Source of the DNA: Isurus oxyrinchus
Lineage: Eukaryota
Reading direction: 5' to 3'
DNA length: 64,000 nt
Assembly: GCA_026770705.1 (NCBI GenBank)
Contig: JANJGN010000017.1
Span: 30,318,001-30,382,000 of the forward strand
In this document: piece by piece, positions 12,012 through 24,800 of the stretch
Numbering within the stretch: the stretch's first letter is position 1
Layout: every line of letters begins with the position of its first letter
The notes under the pieces: model-generated
Seen by the model: only the letters and a program-made list of their open reading frames with translations
Told to the model about the DNA's origin: nothing
Databases searched by the model: none
Program-made: the position numbers and the translations under genes

Positions 12012-13009
12012 ATGACAATTGCTTTGCCCTGGTAAAGAGCAATTGCTCAGTGAGCTGTGCAGAAAGTCAGGTTTCAGACCCTAAGATGGTCTGCCATTGT
12101 GACACGGACAAAGGTGGTAAGATTCCACTCAGATTCCCGCTCTCAGCATCTCAACACATCTCAGCTTGCTGCCAATTCACTTGAAAATCAACTTTTTTCA
12201 CTGGGGCTGGAGATTACCCACTGCTCAGTTAAAAATGAGAAACGAGGAGCAGAAAATGGGAGCAGGAATCACCCTCCCAGGGCTCTATGCATTTGGTGCC
12301 CTCACACATTTACCAAAGGGCAGGAACAGTGGTTGTGAAACTAGGCCTCAGACAATCAGCAGCTTCGTTTAAATATCCATCTGAGGGATTATTCTGCCCA
12401 CCATTCTGATGTGTAGGATGGCAGCTGTTAACAACGCCTATTTGAAAATGGTGACCAGGATCTACTAGGCAGCAGTAAGTATACTGGAGGTTATAAAAAG
12501 ACACAGTAATATTGAGCTAAATGCATTTCAGGAATTTTAAAAGCTGTTAATTTCTCTTGATTTATGTTTCTTTTCTGCTGATCCTCAAAAGAAGAGGCTT
12601 GTTTCAACCACTTGGAATACTGACACTTGCAGATATAAGTGAATATGCCTTTTTAAAAGGCGGTCAGTGCAGCTGAAGGCTCCTGTTCCCGAAGAAAACA
12701 GGGAAAGTAAACACAATGTCATCACGAAGATAGATAAGCTCCTGACTAAACAACATGCTGTATGTTTCCTTGGGGGCTCTATAATCTGAAGAAGTTAAAG
12801 GCCTTCATTGGTACTGCATGAAGAATGCAAACAGGAGTGATCAAGAACCAGAGCAGCCTACCTGGCAAAATTCTACCCGATCCCTTCTGTAGACCCCCTA
12901 TCCAGTTACTCATGAGGAGTGTTCATCTCGGGCTCTGGATCAGCAGACAGGCAGATGAACAACGGTCACACCTACTGCCAGGAGACCTACAGCTGCCATG
13001 CTCACAGTC

Positions 13010-13424
13010 CTGATGCATCCAGCAATCCATATAGACATCGCTGATACATCCAGCAATCCATGTACACATGACTGATACATCCAGCAATCCATGTACACCT
13101 CCCTGATACATCCAGAAATCCATGTATATAATACTGATATATCCAGCAATCCATGTACACAGTACTGATGCATCCAGCAATCCATGTACACCTCGCTGAT
13201 ACATCCAGAAATCCATGTACACAGTACTGATACATCCAGCAATCCATGTACACAAAGCTGATGCATCCAGCAATCCATGTACACGTCGCAGATGCATCCA
13301 GCAATCCATGTACACATCGCTGATGCATCAGCAATCCATGTACACATCGCTGATGCATCCAGCAATCCATGTACACATCACTGACGCATCCAGCAATCCA
13401 TGTACACATCGCTGATACATCCAG
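13010..13424. repeat. Minisatellite, 31-bp unit, about 13 copies
   Basis: Unit ctgatRcatccagcaatccatgtacacNNNN in tandem. It explains the repetitive ORFs in all three minus-strand frames. Confidence 0.95.
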
Positions 13425-14759
13425 TAAAGTAGAGGTCAGCTGTGGCTTTAAAGTCGGCTCCACCTCCTAACATTCATCAGCTATTTTGATTTGCTTTGTC
13501 ACTGAGCAGTAACAGGGTGGAGAGTCCATATCGGGTGGTATTTTATGGGGCCTGTAAGAGCGGGAAGCACTGCAGGCAGATTGGCTTAGTTAGGTGGGAG
13601 CCAAAATTTTGGATTCCTGACAGTGAATTGATCTTCAGTGTGCCAGTGATGGATTGGACCTCAGGCTATCCTATGGTGGGTTCCTACCTGTAATACATTT
13701 CCATGCCATTACTATTCATATTAAAAATTTTTGAAATTACATCCTGCCTTCAACAGTAAGTTGGGAATCCTGTGGCAACCAGTTCCCGTTCGTTTAAAGA
13801 TGGCTTGCACCAGTTGGCTTTGTGCAGTTGTGTCTGAGATCAGCAGTTGCCTTTGCTGAACTTTGCCGCACAAGGTTTGGCAGGTGCGGGGGAGCAGGAG
13901 AACGGCAGCTTGCATGGAGGATCAGGACTCGCAAGGGGAAGTCAGTCAGGAGTGAATGAGATGGTGGAGAAGGGGTGGGGGGGTGCAGTGTGGGTGTGCA
14001 GTGGGGTTGGGGACATGGAGGAGTGAACGAGGGATCCAATGGAGGACAGAGAGTGGGGCTGAGTGCATAAAGGATTGAAGTGGAGAGGGTCTGGTGTCCT
14101 CAGGGTGTTGGGGGGAGGTGGTAAGGGCAGTTAGTCAAAGGTAAGAAATTGAGGGGCCTAAAGGACGTGGTCATTAATGACCACGTTTGGGTACTTCACA
14201 GGGTGTTGGCTGGCAGAGGGAAAGTTGATTCGGATAATGGGGCAGGTCCAGTCTGAGGTTAGGATAATCAAAGGTCTCGCTAGGTGTGTCACGGGATCTA
14301 AGGGAAATTCCAAGGATGATGTGCTGTGGGTATAGGATCAGAGGGGAATGTCGTGGAGGGATGTATGCTCAGCGGGGAGGGATGGAATTTCCAATTGGAG
14401 GGTGACAGGGTCCAGAATAATGGGCGGAGACTGTAAGGTTATAGAGGGAAGGTGCAAAATGATATTGGGAGGTTAAAGAGTGATGGGGAGAAGCGCGATG
14501 GTGACAGGAGAATGAAGGGTAACAAGTTCTAGTACACATACCATTTTCCCAATGTCTCCAAAAGCAGGTGTGGTACCAGGACTGGAGATCAAAGTGGCAG
14601 AAGCCCAATATGTGGTGGGTGAAGATTAGGTTGTGGGCAAGAGAAGGAGTTGAAAATCTCACTGCTCATCAGTTCTATAGGTGAAATCCATGGACGCACA
14701 TGTTCTCATCTCAATGTCTGCCTTCTTCAATAGTTCACTTGGTGGAATACCTACACCTC

Positions 14760-16104
14760 ATACACCCAAAATTCCAACAAGCGGGAGCAGAAGGAGAGGA
14801 TGCGACAAAGGAGAGCACTCGCCGGTCAACAACTGAGGCTGCAACGCCAGCAGCAGGCAGCACCAGAGAGGGAGACTCAGGTCAGGCGGCAACCATCCAG
14901 GGAAAGCATTGTAGAAGGCAGATACTGGCACGTCACCACATCCTGAAGACAAAAACTAACTACTGCACATGTCTGAGAGGTAATGCCAGAGATGGCTGAG
15001 GCTGTCCTGGCAAGTGGTCACTGAAATATGTGGGATTATGCAGCACAACCTGCAGCACATGGATATAGCAGGAATGTCATGCCAGTTGCCCTCAAGCTGA
15101 CTGTGGTGCTTAATTATTTTCACCACCGGTGCTTTCCAGGGTTCCTTGGGTGACGTATGAGGCAGTTCAAAGGCTGCCACACACACATGCATAAAGGGGA
15201 TGACCTATACTCTCTTCCCTCACGCAAATTAATTCCCCACAGATGAGGACAGCCAGGTGGCAAAGTCATTGGTTTGAGGTCCATTGGTCTGACAGCCATT
15301 GGTCTGACGGCCATTGGTTTGAGGGCCATTGGTCTGACGGCATTGGTCTGAAGGCCATTGGTCTGACAGCCATTGGTCTGAGGGCCACTGGTCTGACGGT
15401 CATTGGTTTGAGGGCCATTGGGCTTCAGGGCCATTGCTTATTTCCCTGAAGTTCAAGGGTCATCAACTGCACTCATATGACCATTAGAGCTTCCAGAGAC
15501 CAGTTAGTGGCATTCATGAATCACAAGGAATTTCACTCTTTGAACATGCAACTAGTCTGTGACCACAGACAAAGAATCACGCATTACTGTGCTCGTTTCC
15601 CAGGGAGATCTCATGACTCCTACATTTTGTGCAACCCACAAGTCACAGAGTTTTTTGAGGCCCCAGCCCTGTTTGATGGCTGGATCCTGGGTGAGACAAG
15701 GGCTATCCCCTCCACATCTGATTGATGACACCAGTGAGACATCCTCACAGTCAACAGAAGAGCAGTACAACACAACCAACACCTCCACTAGAGCCATTAT
15801 TGAGCAAACCAGTGGCTTGCTGAAAATACACTTCCGTTGCCTTGACCAGTCTGTAGGGGCTCAGCAGTACACACCGCGAGGTTATCACAATTAGTCATGG
15901 TTGGCTGTGCACTGCGCAACGTGACCATGCAATGCAGTGAGCCATTACAACAGGAAGAGTGGGAGGAGCAGCACTCCTCCTCTAATGAGGAAGAATTGGA
16001 TGAACCTGAGGAGAAGGCCATGAAAGTGCACGAGCCTTTACTGGATTCCAGGGCCATGGAAAAAAGTGCACGGGATACCAGAGACAACTTAAAATATATC
16101 TGAT
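14760..16104 (+). pseudogene. Harbinger (HARBI1-like, DDE_Tnp_4) transposase pseudogene
   Basis: Pieces across frames: MPVALKLTVVLNYFTTGAFQGSLGD; FPEVQG-INCTHMTIRA (IDCTH with D>N); FMNHKEFHSLNMQLVCDH..ARFPGRSHDSYIL; WILG-DKGYP (2-bp insertion); YNTTNTSTRAIIEQTSGLLKIHFRCLD; acidic tail. Multiple frameshifts and stops. Start position approximate. Confidence 0.92.
15266..15437 (+). repeat. 15-bp tandem repeat (about 11 copies) inside the transposase
   Basis: Unit ccattggtYtgaSRg, with one 14-nt and one 16-nt variant. Confidence 0.95.
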
Positions 16105-17437
16105 TCATCCAAGAGTGAGGCACCTTCATGAGCATGGTCTCATCACTGGAACTCCATTACCTGCTTGTAATGTAGATCAACCCCTGCCAGCCTCCCTGGG
16201 AGAGCTACCTCTGAATCTGCCTCCTCTGCCACCTAGAAGAGCAAAGGAAGCGGAGCTTTGTCACACACACTAGTCCCAAATACTGGTCCCGACAACATCT
16301 GTGTTACACTTGGACATAAAGCAATCAGCCTACCGTGACCAAGCATTCAGATCCTGCACCATCCTCCAGAGCTTTGAGTTCACCTGCCACATTTCAATTA
16401 TCCCAGCTGAGAGTGATCTCGAACAATCTCCTTTCCAATGCACAGAGGGAGGGTCAGCCGAGCCTGCAGGTTCAGCCATGACCCACAGAGTGGTGAGTAT
16501 AACACTGGACACTAACATGCACCTTCAATAAGAAGTGAATGCAAAAAGATGTTGTTTCTTCCACAATAAAGAAATGTTCCCAACTCCCCTTAACCATTAA
16601 TGTGTGAGGATGCCAGTACATTTAGCTCTCTGGCTAAGCAAGTCTCACAGTCCTAACAAATGACGATGATGCACACATGAATAAAGTGAAACCAATGTAA
16701 TGTACATCATTTACATGTGACATTTAAATTTGAAAAAAAACAGCCCTGCCAGCTTTGTGCTTTCAATAAGTTTTATGCTAATGGCAATGGAGTTGCACAG
16801 GAAAGTTGTGGCTGTAATGAGGAGCCTCCTTGTTTATCCAGGAGGCCCTTTTATAGCCCACCCATAGCTGCAGCATTGTCAACAGGCAGCAGGTTTCACC
16901 AATGAAAGACTTCCCCCATCATGTGATTGCACGTGTTTTGCATACATTTTAATTTTAATTGGTATTGGGTGGGAATCAGCAAAAATCAAGAGACCGGAAG
17001 TGCCGCCCACTTCTGGTTCTACCATTGGGAATGACAAGCCACAGATAAAATACCGCCCATCATGTGTATTCAGTCAGTCGATATCCAAATGAAGAGTGAT
17101 GTTAACCATCAATAAGAGCAGATTGCAAACTTCAGACTGGTGGTAGTCAATGTTCACATGTTTGTTGCTGTAAAACACCATTTTGGAGCTGATTATAATA
17201 CATATAAACTTGCAACATTGGAATCACACACTCCCGGTAGCAGTAGAGTTATAATCCCCCAGTTTGTGGCTCCCAGCTCCTCAGCCTGTATTGCAGAGAA
17301 AATCCTCTGCTGTAACTCACTCTATTGTTCTGCTTCCCAAATTGCTGTAAGTTTTGCTTTGTAGTTACAAGTGATATAAATATTACAGAAACTGTGGTCT
17401 AATTATCTCCCATCCTCTGACCCTTTATTTTACCTGA

Positions 17438-18043
17438 AGGCTAGAGTTAGTTCCGACCCTGTGGGTTATGTTTAATCCATGCAACAGGGGTCTTGCCCGC
17501 AGGCTGGAGAGCCGGCGAGAGCCTTGCATTGCCTCCTCTGAGGAAGGCCCATGGTATTAAGGGCCAGTCGGGCACTTAACAGGCCAGTGGCGGGCCTTCC
17601 CAGGGACTAAGTACCCTGGAGGTGGAAATCCCAGCCCGAGAGCTGTCAGGTAAGCAGAGACTGGCAGTGGCAGTGACAGTGATGGCAGTGGTGGTGGTTG
17701 TTGGCAATGCAGCTACCAGAGGCCCAGGATGAGCAAGGGATCCCAGGCCACACCCAGGCAGGGTGTGGATCACGGTAGGAGGGATAGGGTATTGGCAGCG
17801 AGGTCAGGAGGATGGTTTTCAGGCATGGAGTGCCTGATGAGAGGCTTCCCTTGGAAACTGGACGCCTGCTGCTGGTCGAATGAGGTCCTTGAGTGGATAT
17901 TACGAGCCTTTCCATCCTGGACTTAGTAAGGGCAGAGGCGGGAAGGCAGCGGGGTGCCCACCCAGCACCCTCCCGCCCAATTAAATGCCACCGCTTCCAA
18001 ACACACCATTTTGGGGGAGGTGGGGAGGCATTAAATTCCACCC
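17438..18043 (-). mobile_element. Harbinger-type MITE (family B), reverse relative of 48752-49506
   Basis: Right end cattaaattccaccc is the reverse complement of a gggYggaatttaatg TIR. The adjacent ccctcccgcc..attaaat..ccaaac mirrors 48795-48832. Left end approximate. Confidence 0.65.
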
Positions 18044-21000
18044 TGTTTGCGCAACATCACGGAAAATAGCATAGTCTTTTATATTTTATTTAGGTTCATC
18101 ATGGATAAAGGAGAAACATGACAAATAAGGTTAATTTATTGGTATATGCTGTAAGGATGATATCTGTGGCGTCACTGACTATTTAGATCGCTATACATAT
18201 ACTTGACTAATTGAATTCTGTACAGCCAACATGTGCTGCTATGTATTTCACTGTTTGTTATTCGAGGAGCATGAAATGTTCCCTGTGTTTGATTACTATT
18301 GCTTTTTCAGCCATATATATCACAACAGAAATGATTTATAAAAAATAAAATTGTCACTGTGCTGCTTCCAAACTCTGCCAGAGATTTGAATAACTTGCTG
18401 CTGACATTGATCTAACATCGTCTTTGATATTGCTCGACAGGCATCAACATTATTTAAACCCAAACAACATTCTTCTTCTGCCATTTACATTAAAGTACTT
18501 CCACAGTATGCTGTTGTACATTGATGTTTTGGTGAATTAGTGAATTATCCAACCTCTGTTCCAGAACTATTAGGCATTGATAGGTTCCTCAGCATAAAAG
18601 GAAGGACAAACACCAACATAGAAGAATGTCATATGAATCAAATCAAACAATACTTCACCCAGTTGGAATCTGTGAATTCCTGATTTGCTGATGATTTATA
18701 TATTGTTGCCTGATACCACTAGAAACGGTTTCCGAATAGTACTCCCTTCAGGAGGTCTGAGAAGCTGGAAAAAACAAGGTATTGCTGATAGGAATGGGTA
18801 AGACTTCAATTCCTATTTATATGTCGAATTCAGTTTCTTTTTTCTTCCCTGGAAAACCTTGCCCCCATTGTCCTTATTTGGGCTAATTTAGAAACATTTG
18901 TTGTTAAATTCTAGTACAGAATAAAATATTATTTGTCCTATAAATTAGGCCATAGGACAAAGCAGTGAAATTAAACACTACTACCTCTTGAAAGACAATT
19001 TAAATTAGATTGTTTGCTCAGTCTTAATTAGTAACTGATCAAAAAATATTGCCAAAATGTATGCACAGGGTAACAAAATGCTACAGCAGACAAAAAGCCA
19101 TTTGACCCATCAAGTCTACATTGGCGAGCCATAATGATTCTGTGGCAGCACATAACATTATTAACTCCAAATAGTCAATGAAATAATTGCTTTAATTTAG
19201 AAGCATAGTTTTTAAAATACTTGTATTTATTATTTAGAATACAGGCTAATGCACTGTATCACATTATCTTAAGGTTAAAAAGGTTAAGTACTGTGCCATA
19301 TCAATTTTTTCCACAGCAAAATTAAATAAAAACCATTTCAACAATTAGTTTCTTTCTTGTTAGGGTGCTCTTCAAATGTTCAAAACAAAACCTGTGGACC
19401 GTCCCCTTCAACACAGTACAGTGCGCAAAGACAGTATTGCACATGTCGTTTTAGTACAAAACCATAAAGCCTTGACAGTCTATGATAAAGTATCATTGCA
19501 GCAGACAAGTCACAACTAACTTCTGTGAAATTTCTAAAATCTGTACAAAACTTTCTGCAAGAAAGTTGTTCAACAGCTGCAGGTTATGGACAGATGTGCA
19601 GTTAAAATCAAATATCCAAAACTTAATTATAATCCATGTTGAGCTGCTCCGCCGTTAACTCTGCAAAAACAATATCTCACTATCTGCTTGTGTTTGCACA
19701 GTAACTAGGAACGAAACCTGTTGCAAATACTTAGGGCTAGTAGTTAGTAGTGCAAGTACCCATTTAACAATGTGATGATTCTTAATTAATATCAATCAAT
19801 CTCTCTGGTACAAAAAGTCCATTGAGTGCGGTGTCTCATTCTTTCAGGTCTGGAACTTTTTGGGAAATTTCAAAAATGTCAAATTTTAAGTTTTATCATT
19901 TATTTTCTTACTTTTCCTTTCTGCCTCTTTTTTTCTCTCCCTCATAATCATTTTTCTTTCCCTCTCTTGATGTTTCTTTCTGTACCTGATTTGACATTGA
20001 ATTCACCCATTCTAATTTACCATCCTAAATCTTCCACTGCTTATCTGATTGGTTAATCGGATACACTGTTGGTTGCTCCAGAGGCCCTATTTTCCTCGCT
20101 GCACTGTTATCAGCTCACATTTGTTAAATCATGAGGCTGAGGGATACAGTGGATGACAACTCAGGCCATGCATCCCTGACACATGGTTTGAATGTGCTTC
20201 AAATACAGGAGACAAAAGAATTTCCCTGCAGACTCATTGGATCTCGTGTAAAATGAGCTTAGACAGTCTGAAACTAATTCATAGCAGGTACAATACCATG
20301 GCACAAAGTTGCCCCATGATAAACTATCTTATTCCAGTAGGCCAGGACAGTCAATTTAGGAATCACAGATACAAATATGCAAGTATCCAAATTGCAATGC
20401 AAGGGTCATTTGAAACCCATGATCCATTAAAACCCAACCAACTCAACAAGGTAAACAACTCCTCCTTACCGGGTAGGCCATTTTGTCTTGCTGGTGCGTG
20501 GACAAAATTGATGCCAATACGCAGGGCAGGGCCCAAGATTCTGCGTCACCCCGCATTTGCAAAATTTAGATGAGCCAACTGTGAAAAATGCTTTTACCAA
20601 AAGCTGTTCACAAATTAATAGGTAAGAAATCAGGTGCTGCTGGAGATCCTTAAAGCCTAAAAAAGCAGTTTTTAAATGGAAGTACATCCATTCCGGCCAA
20701 ATGGGCAGCAAACATTATGGAGCTGCTGGAAAGTGTCTGGGAGTAAGGAGAGCTCAGCAGGGCCCTGAGATTTTTTGATTCAGTTGTGGGTATGCATGTG
20801 CAACAAGTTTGTGAGAGGTGGAAGGCCCTCTTCACTTTGGATGGTTGGTGGGTTGTAGAGTAAGTTCTTAACATGGTCTCACAGCAGAGTTTCTGGATGT
20901 TGTCTTTACCTCTTCTTTTCCTGCATAACTCTCTCATCTTCCCTCATGCACCTCCTGAACTTGGGTATGGCATATGCTCTCCATTGATAGAACATCCTGA

Positions 21001-21249
21001 TCCTTGCCGCCTCCCCATTGTTTTTAGGTCTATCAGAAGCCTCAAGGGCTACTATCAGGCAGAGTGAAGATAAAAGCCTTGATAACGATATATTGCGTGA
21101 ACTTGAAGTAAATGCACCCGCCAATTCACCAAGCACATAGGCAGGAGCAGGTGGAGGTCGAGGTGGTAAGGAAAATCAAAGGAAGGGCTCATTGGATAAT
21201 CAGATCACAACCTAGCTCTGCTGAAGAGGACTGAGTTGCAGACTTTAGA

Positions 21250-21895
21250 AGCTGGATTTTTTAAAGGGTTGGGGTCCAGATTGGAGGTACACAGGTGCGC
21301 TCTTTGGCACCACTGAACCCAATAACCAAGAGCCATTTTAAAAGAGGGCGGCTTGGAGTTGGATTGGCTGCTCGCCAGCATTTGAAGCCAATCAGATCAA
21401 CCGTTCCTGCATTGATGGGAATTTCCAGTTGGCAATGTGGGCAGCCCACATTGGATAGGGTGGGCTCAGACAGGAGTGGGACAGGGCCAGGATGGGTCAC
21501 ATAAGCATCCTCCCACCCAGTCCAGACTCATAATGGCCGCTGGGCCAAAGCTGAAGCCGATGGCCATCCCTTAGTGGAGTTTCCCCTCCAGCATCATGGT
21601 CAAGCAGCCCACCTCCACGTCCATCATTGTCTCCGTGTTCAGTTCATCAGTTCTCATCTTAGCCTGTGGGGTTGCCGATCTCTGAGTGCTGGATGATCTC
21701 TCATGGCCCTCCAATGCCTTCCAATGCCAGGAGCCAACCACTTTCCCCGATTGGACAGCTAACCAGCTCTCTGGCTTTTAATTGGCTGGGGCATTGAAAA
21801 TTCTGGTGGATGTGCTGAAAGCATGCCATGTGGAGTCGGGATCTTGAGAACTAGTCCCCATGTCTGGTTCCTGACCCCTAAATAACAATTCATCC
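21250..21895. mobile_element. Degenerate MITE-like element
   Basis: GC-richer island starting gctggatttt and ending aattcatcc, resembling the TIRs of other MITEs here. Confidence 0.4.
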
Positions 21896-24800
21896 TCTGG
21901 TGGTCCAGGATTTTTTTAAAAATGGTTCCTGTGATCTCGCTGTTTGTGTGACCGAGAGCATCAGCAGGGACATTTCAAAGTTTTTGGATACCACCTACTT
22001 GTATGGGGTTTTCACATGTGACATTGAAGATGCTCATAAACTAGTGTGATAAAATACTTCTACATTTTTCTGCAAGAAAATGAATCTGAAAGCTCCATAT
22101 AGGTTTAACAGAGAGTGCAACATCCTTTTAAATAGTTTTTGAAGTTGTTACCTAACATTTTTTTCTAACCTATGATTTGTTTGTGGGTTCAGGAAGTAAT
22201 TCTGGGAAATATGCCGCACCTTATTGGCATAGCACAACCCCCATTTAGAATGTAGTTAAAAGGTTCCCATCCAGTGTATATGGGAGGTCCATGCCCAACC
22301 CTCTGCGCAGAAGCATAGGCCATTTCTGGAATTGTTGGAAACTGTGCAGGACTAAATCACACGTAATAAGGAGATAAAGGTTATGACGTCGTCAACATTA
22401 TATAAGTGCTGGGGAGTTTTGGGATCATGGTCTCACTTTGAAGGTTTTCAATTGTCAAACCAAATTTTTATTTTGTTATATCTGTTTTTTTTTAACAGGT
22501 ATGTATTTCGGATATACCAGTTAAGCTCATTTAAATTGATTCCCATCGAAGAGGAGTTAACACTCAAGGAATTAGGACAGACACTATACTAATGTATATC
22601 AATGTGGTACATTGTTTTCAACATTTAAGTTTGCTTATTCAGTATCCACTTCCCATTACAATGTATAACATATTTAGCTTAATATCTGCACAACTCTGTA
22701 CTGGCTACATATCAATGGGAAGCATGCAGAATTAAGGAGTGTGCCCCTATGAATTGTCTAATACTGTAGCCACATAATCTATACAATATTGTCCTTCTAT
22801 AAACACAAGAGTTTCTGTCATAATTCACTTGAACCTAATTGAGTAATTTAGTGATAAAGTACTTTTATGTTACTCATCTTGGTTAAATTAGTTTACATTA
22901 TTGGGTCTAAATAGATTCGTGCCAACCAACTATTTTAGTAGTCAAATAGCCTATAAATGACTCAGGCATTTAATCAAATCCTTAGTCAAAAGGCACAATG
23001 TCCTAAGCAAGTATGAACTCAGTTTATTGCACAAGGCGCCAGGAGCTATCAATGTTCCAAGTTTGGAAGACATTTTAAAGCAATTAGTGAATCACCAACA
23101 GCTAAAATAATGTGCTTTTATTTTAGCTAATAAACTAAAGGCCAAAATACGTGTTGTTTTGTGTGTAATATTGCAGCAACATTACTTGTCTGCTGTGACA
23201 TAGTACCCAAGCACACTTCAGTTCGAAGGCAATCCAGTTTTTCTACAATAAACTTTTTAAGCAAGTAATCGATGGGCACAGCTTCATTTTTAATGATGGT
23301 GTGCCTGTGTACTACATTAATCCTTTTGGTATACTAATAGTCCCCAAATTAGGGGTGTACTCTTAGGAATAATAATGATGGCTTACGCTTTGGGTAATCA
23401 ACACCTTCATGAGACAGGTAGAAATATAACCAAAGAGAAAGAGAACTTAAACAGGAAAACGTTGCTGCATTGAAATCAGTTACAGTAAATTACTTCAACC
23501 TTTTAGTGGATCATAAAGCTTTTATATTAAATCTGTTATCTTCATCACTAATTGCATCAAAGTTCACCACTTACCATAATGCAAAGGCCAAATATCCAAA
23601 TCTGAGTCCACAGGGATTCCTCATAGCAATTAAGTTTATATTTTTGTTATTCATTCTATTCTCTGAAATTACTAAGTAACCTAGACCATCATCTCATTAC
23701 CTTAAATAGATTAGAAGGATTATAGTTAATAAATAGAAAAGAAATAATTATTTTAAGCCACAGTTTTGTCTGCAGGTCCAAATGAAAATATCTGCATCTA
23801 TTCAACAGACATACTTATTACAATTGCAAAGAAAAAACTCTGGGAGTTGCATTGCCGCGAATTGGTTACAGTAATGAATTTTGCAACTATATTTATATTG
23901 CTCCAACACAGAAACCCATTGCTTCATTTCTATCATAAAAAATTTAAACATTTCACAACGTTTGTCAACTTAATGACCCTGAAAAATACATTTCTCCAAC
24001 AACCAGAATTATTGCCATTCTCAAATTTCATATCAAACTAAACAAAAAGACAACAGCAAAAGGAGGTTTGACTAAAATATGTCATCGTATGCAGCACTAG
24101 CCTATCTGAAGTGCCGAGGTGTCCAAGTGTATCGGGGTTAAATCCACCTTGCTATTCTCACATCTTCACTTGTATGTTGATAATTTTTGGTAGTGTTTTG
24201 TAAGTTTTTTTTAAATTACAGTTTTAAAACTGCGACATTTACAGTATAGCAAACTAATCTTGCATGTGGGCTATGAAGAGCAGGGGTTTGATTTTCCAGT
24301 GTTTAAAAGGGAAATTCTCAAAGTCATTGGCGATTGGATTGAAATGCAGAATCAATGTTTTGTTGTGTTAAGATCCTATTATAATTGACTCAGACACAGA
24401 ACACCAATAGCAGCATTTTAGGTCTTATCTTACAAATTCTACCTGTCTTCACAGCCGCATTCTTCCTGTCACCAGTCCCCACTGCTCTGCACTGGCACTC
24501 CCTCTATTTGCACTTACTCATTACTCCCCCTTCTGGTCTTTCCTTGCTACACATGTAATACTTAACATAAATTCTTATATCAAGACAAGATATCCTTAGA
24601 TCTCCTGCTCTATGAAATATTTGAATAAATGTTCTCTCTTCCAGGACTATGTACTTTTGGAAGTATACAATCCTGCATCATTTCCCGGGACCTCTGCTAT
24701 TATGTACCTCAGCCTCTAATCATAGCTGGTAGATCCAGAGCTATAGTGCTACCCCTCCCCCCAGCCCCGCCTATACTGCCAGCTTGTGGGTCTCTCTTTT

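Larger units (their letters stand above)
9420..12399 (-). mobile_element. Degenerate Harbinger relic carrying a Myb/SANT-like gene remnant, interrupted by two Penelope-like insertions
   Basis: Myb/SANT-like peptide at 11400-11640 (minus). TIR-like attattctgccc at 12388-12399. Left boundary uncertain. Confidence 0.5.
13533..17058 (+). mobile_element. PIF/Harbinger DNA transposon with both ends intact (3526 bp) and an inactivated transposase
   Basis: TIRs gggtggtattttat (13533) and ataaaataccgccc (17058) match at 13/14. 3-bp TSD ATC at 13530-13532 and 17059-17061. Internal HARBI1-like transposase. Confidence 0.9.

Noticed and set aside
11699-12035. Mirror-image ORFs on both strands (toxin/antitoxin-like look)
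   Set aside because: A trivial consequence of the PLE hairpin palindrome.
12923-13463. Long repetitive ORFs (130-153 aa) and a CRISPR-like appearance
   Set aside because: Produced by a stop-free 31-bp tandem repeat. The variable part is only about 4 nt, there are no cas genes, and the context is eukaryotic.
20600-20950. Possible minus-strand Harbinger transposase N-terminal remnant
   Set aside because: Similarity too weak to support by eye.
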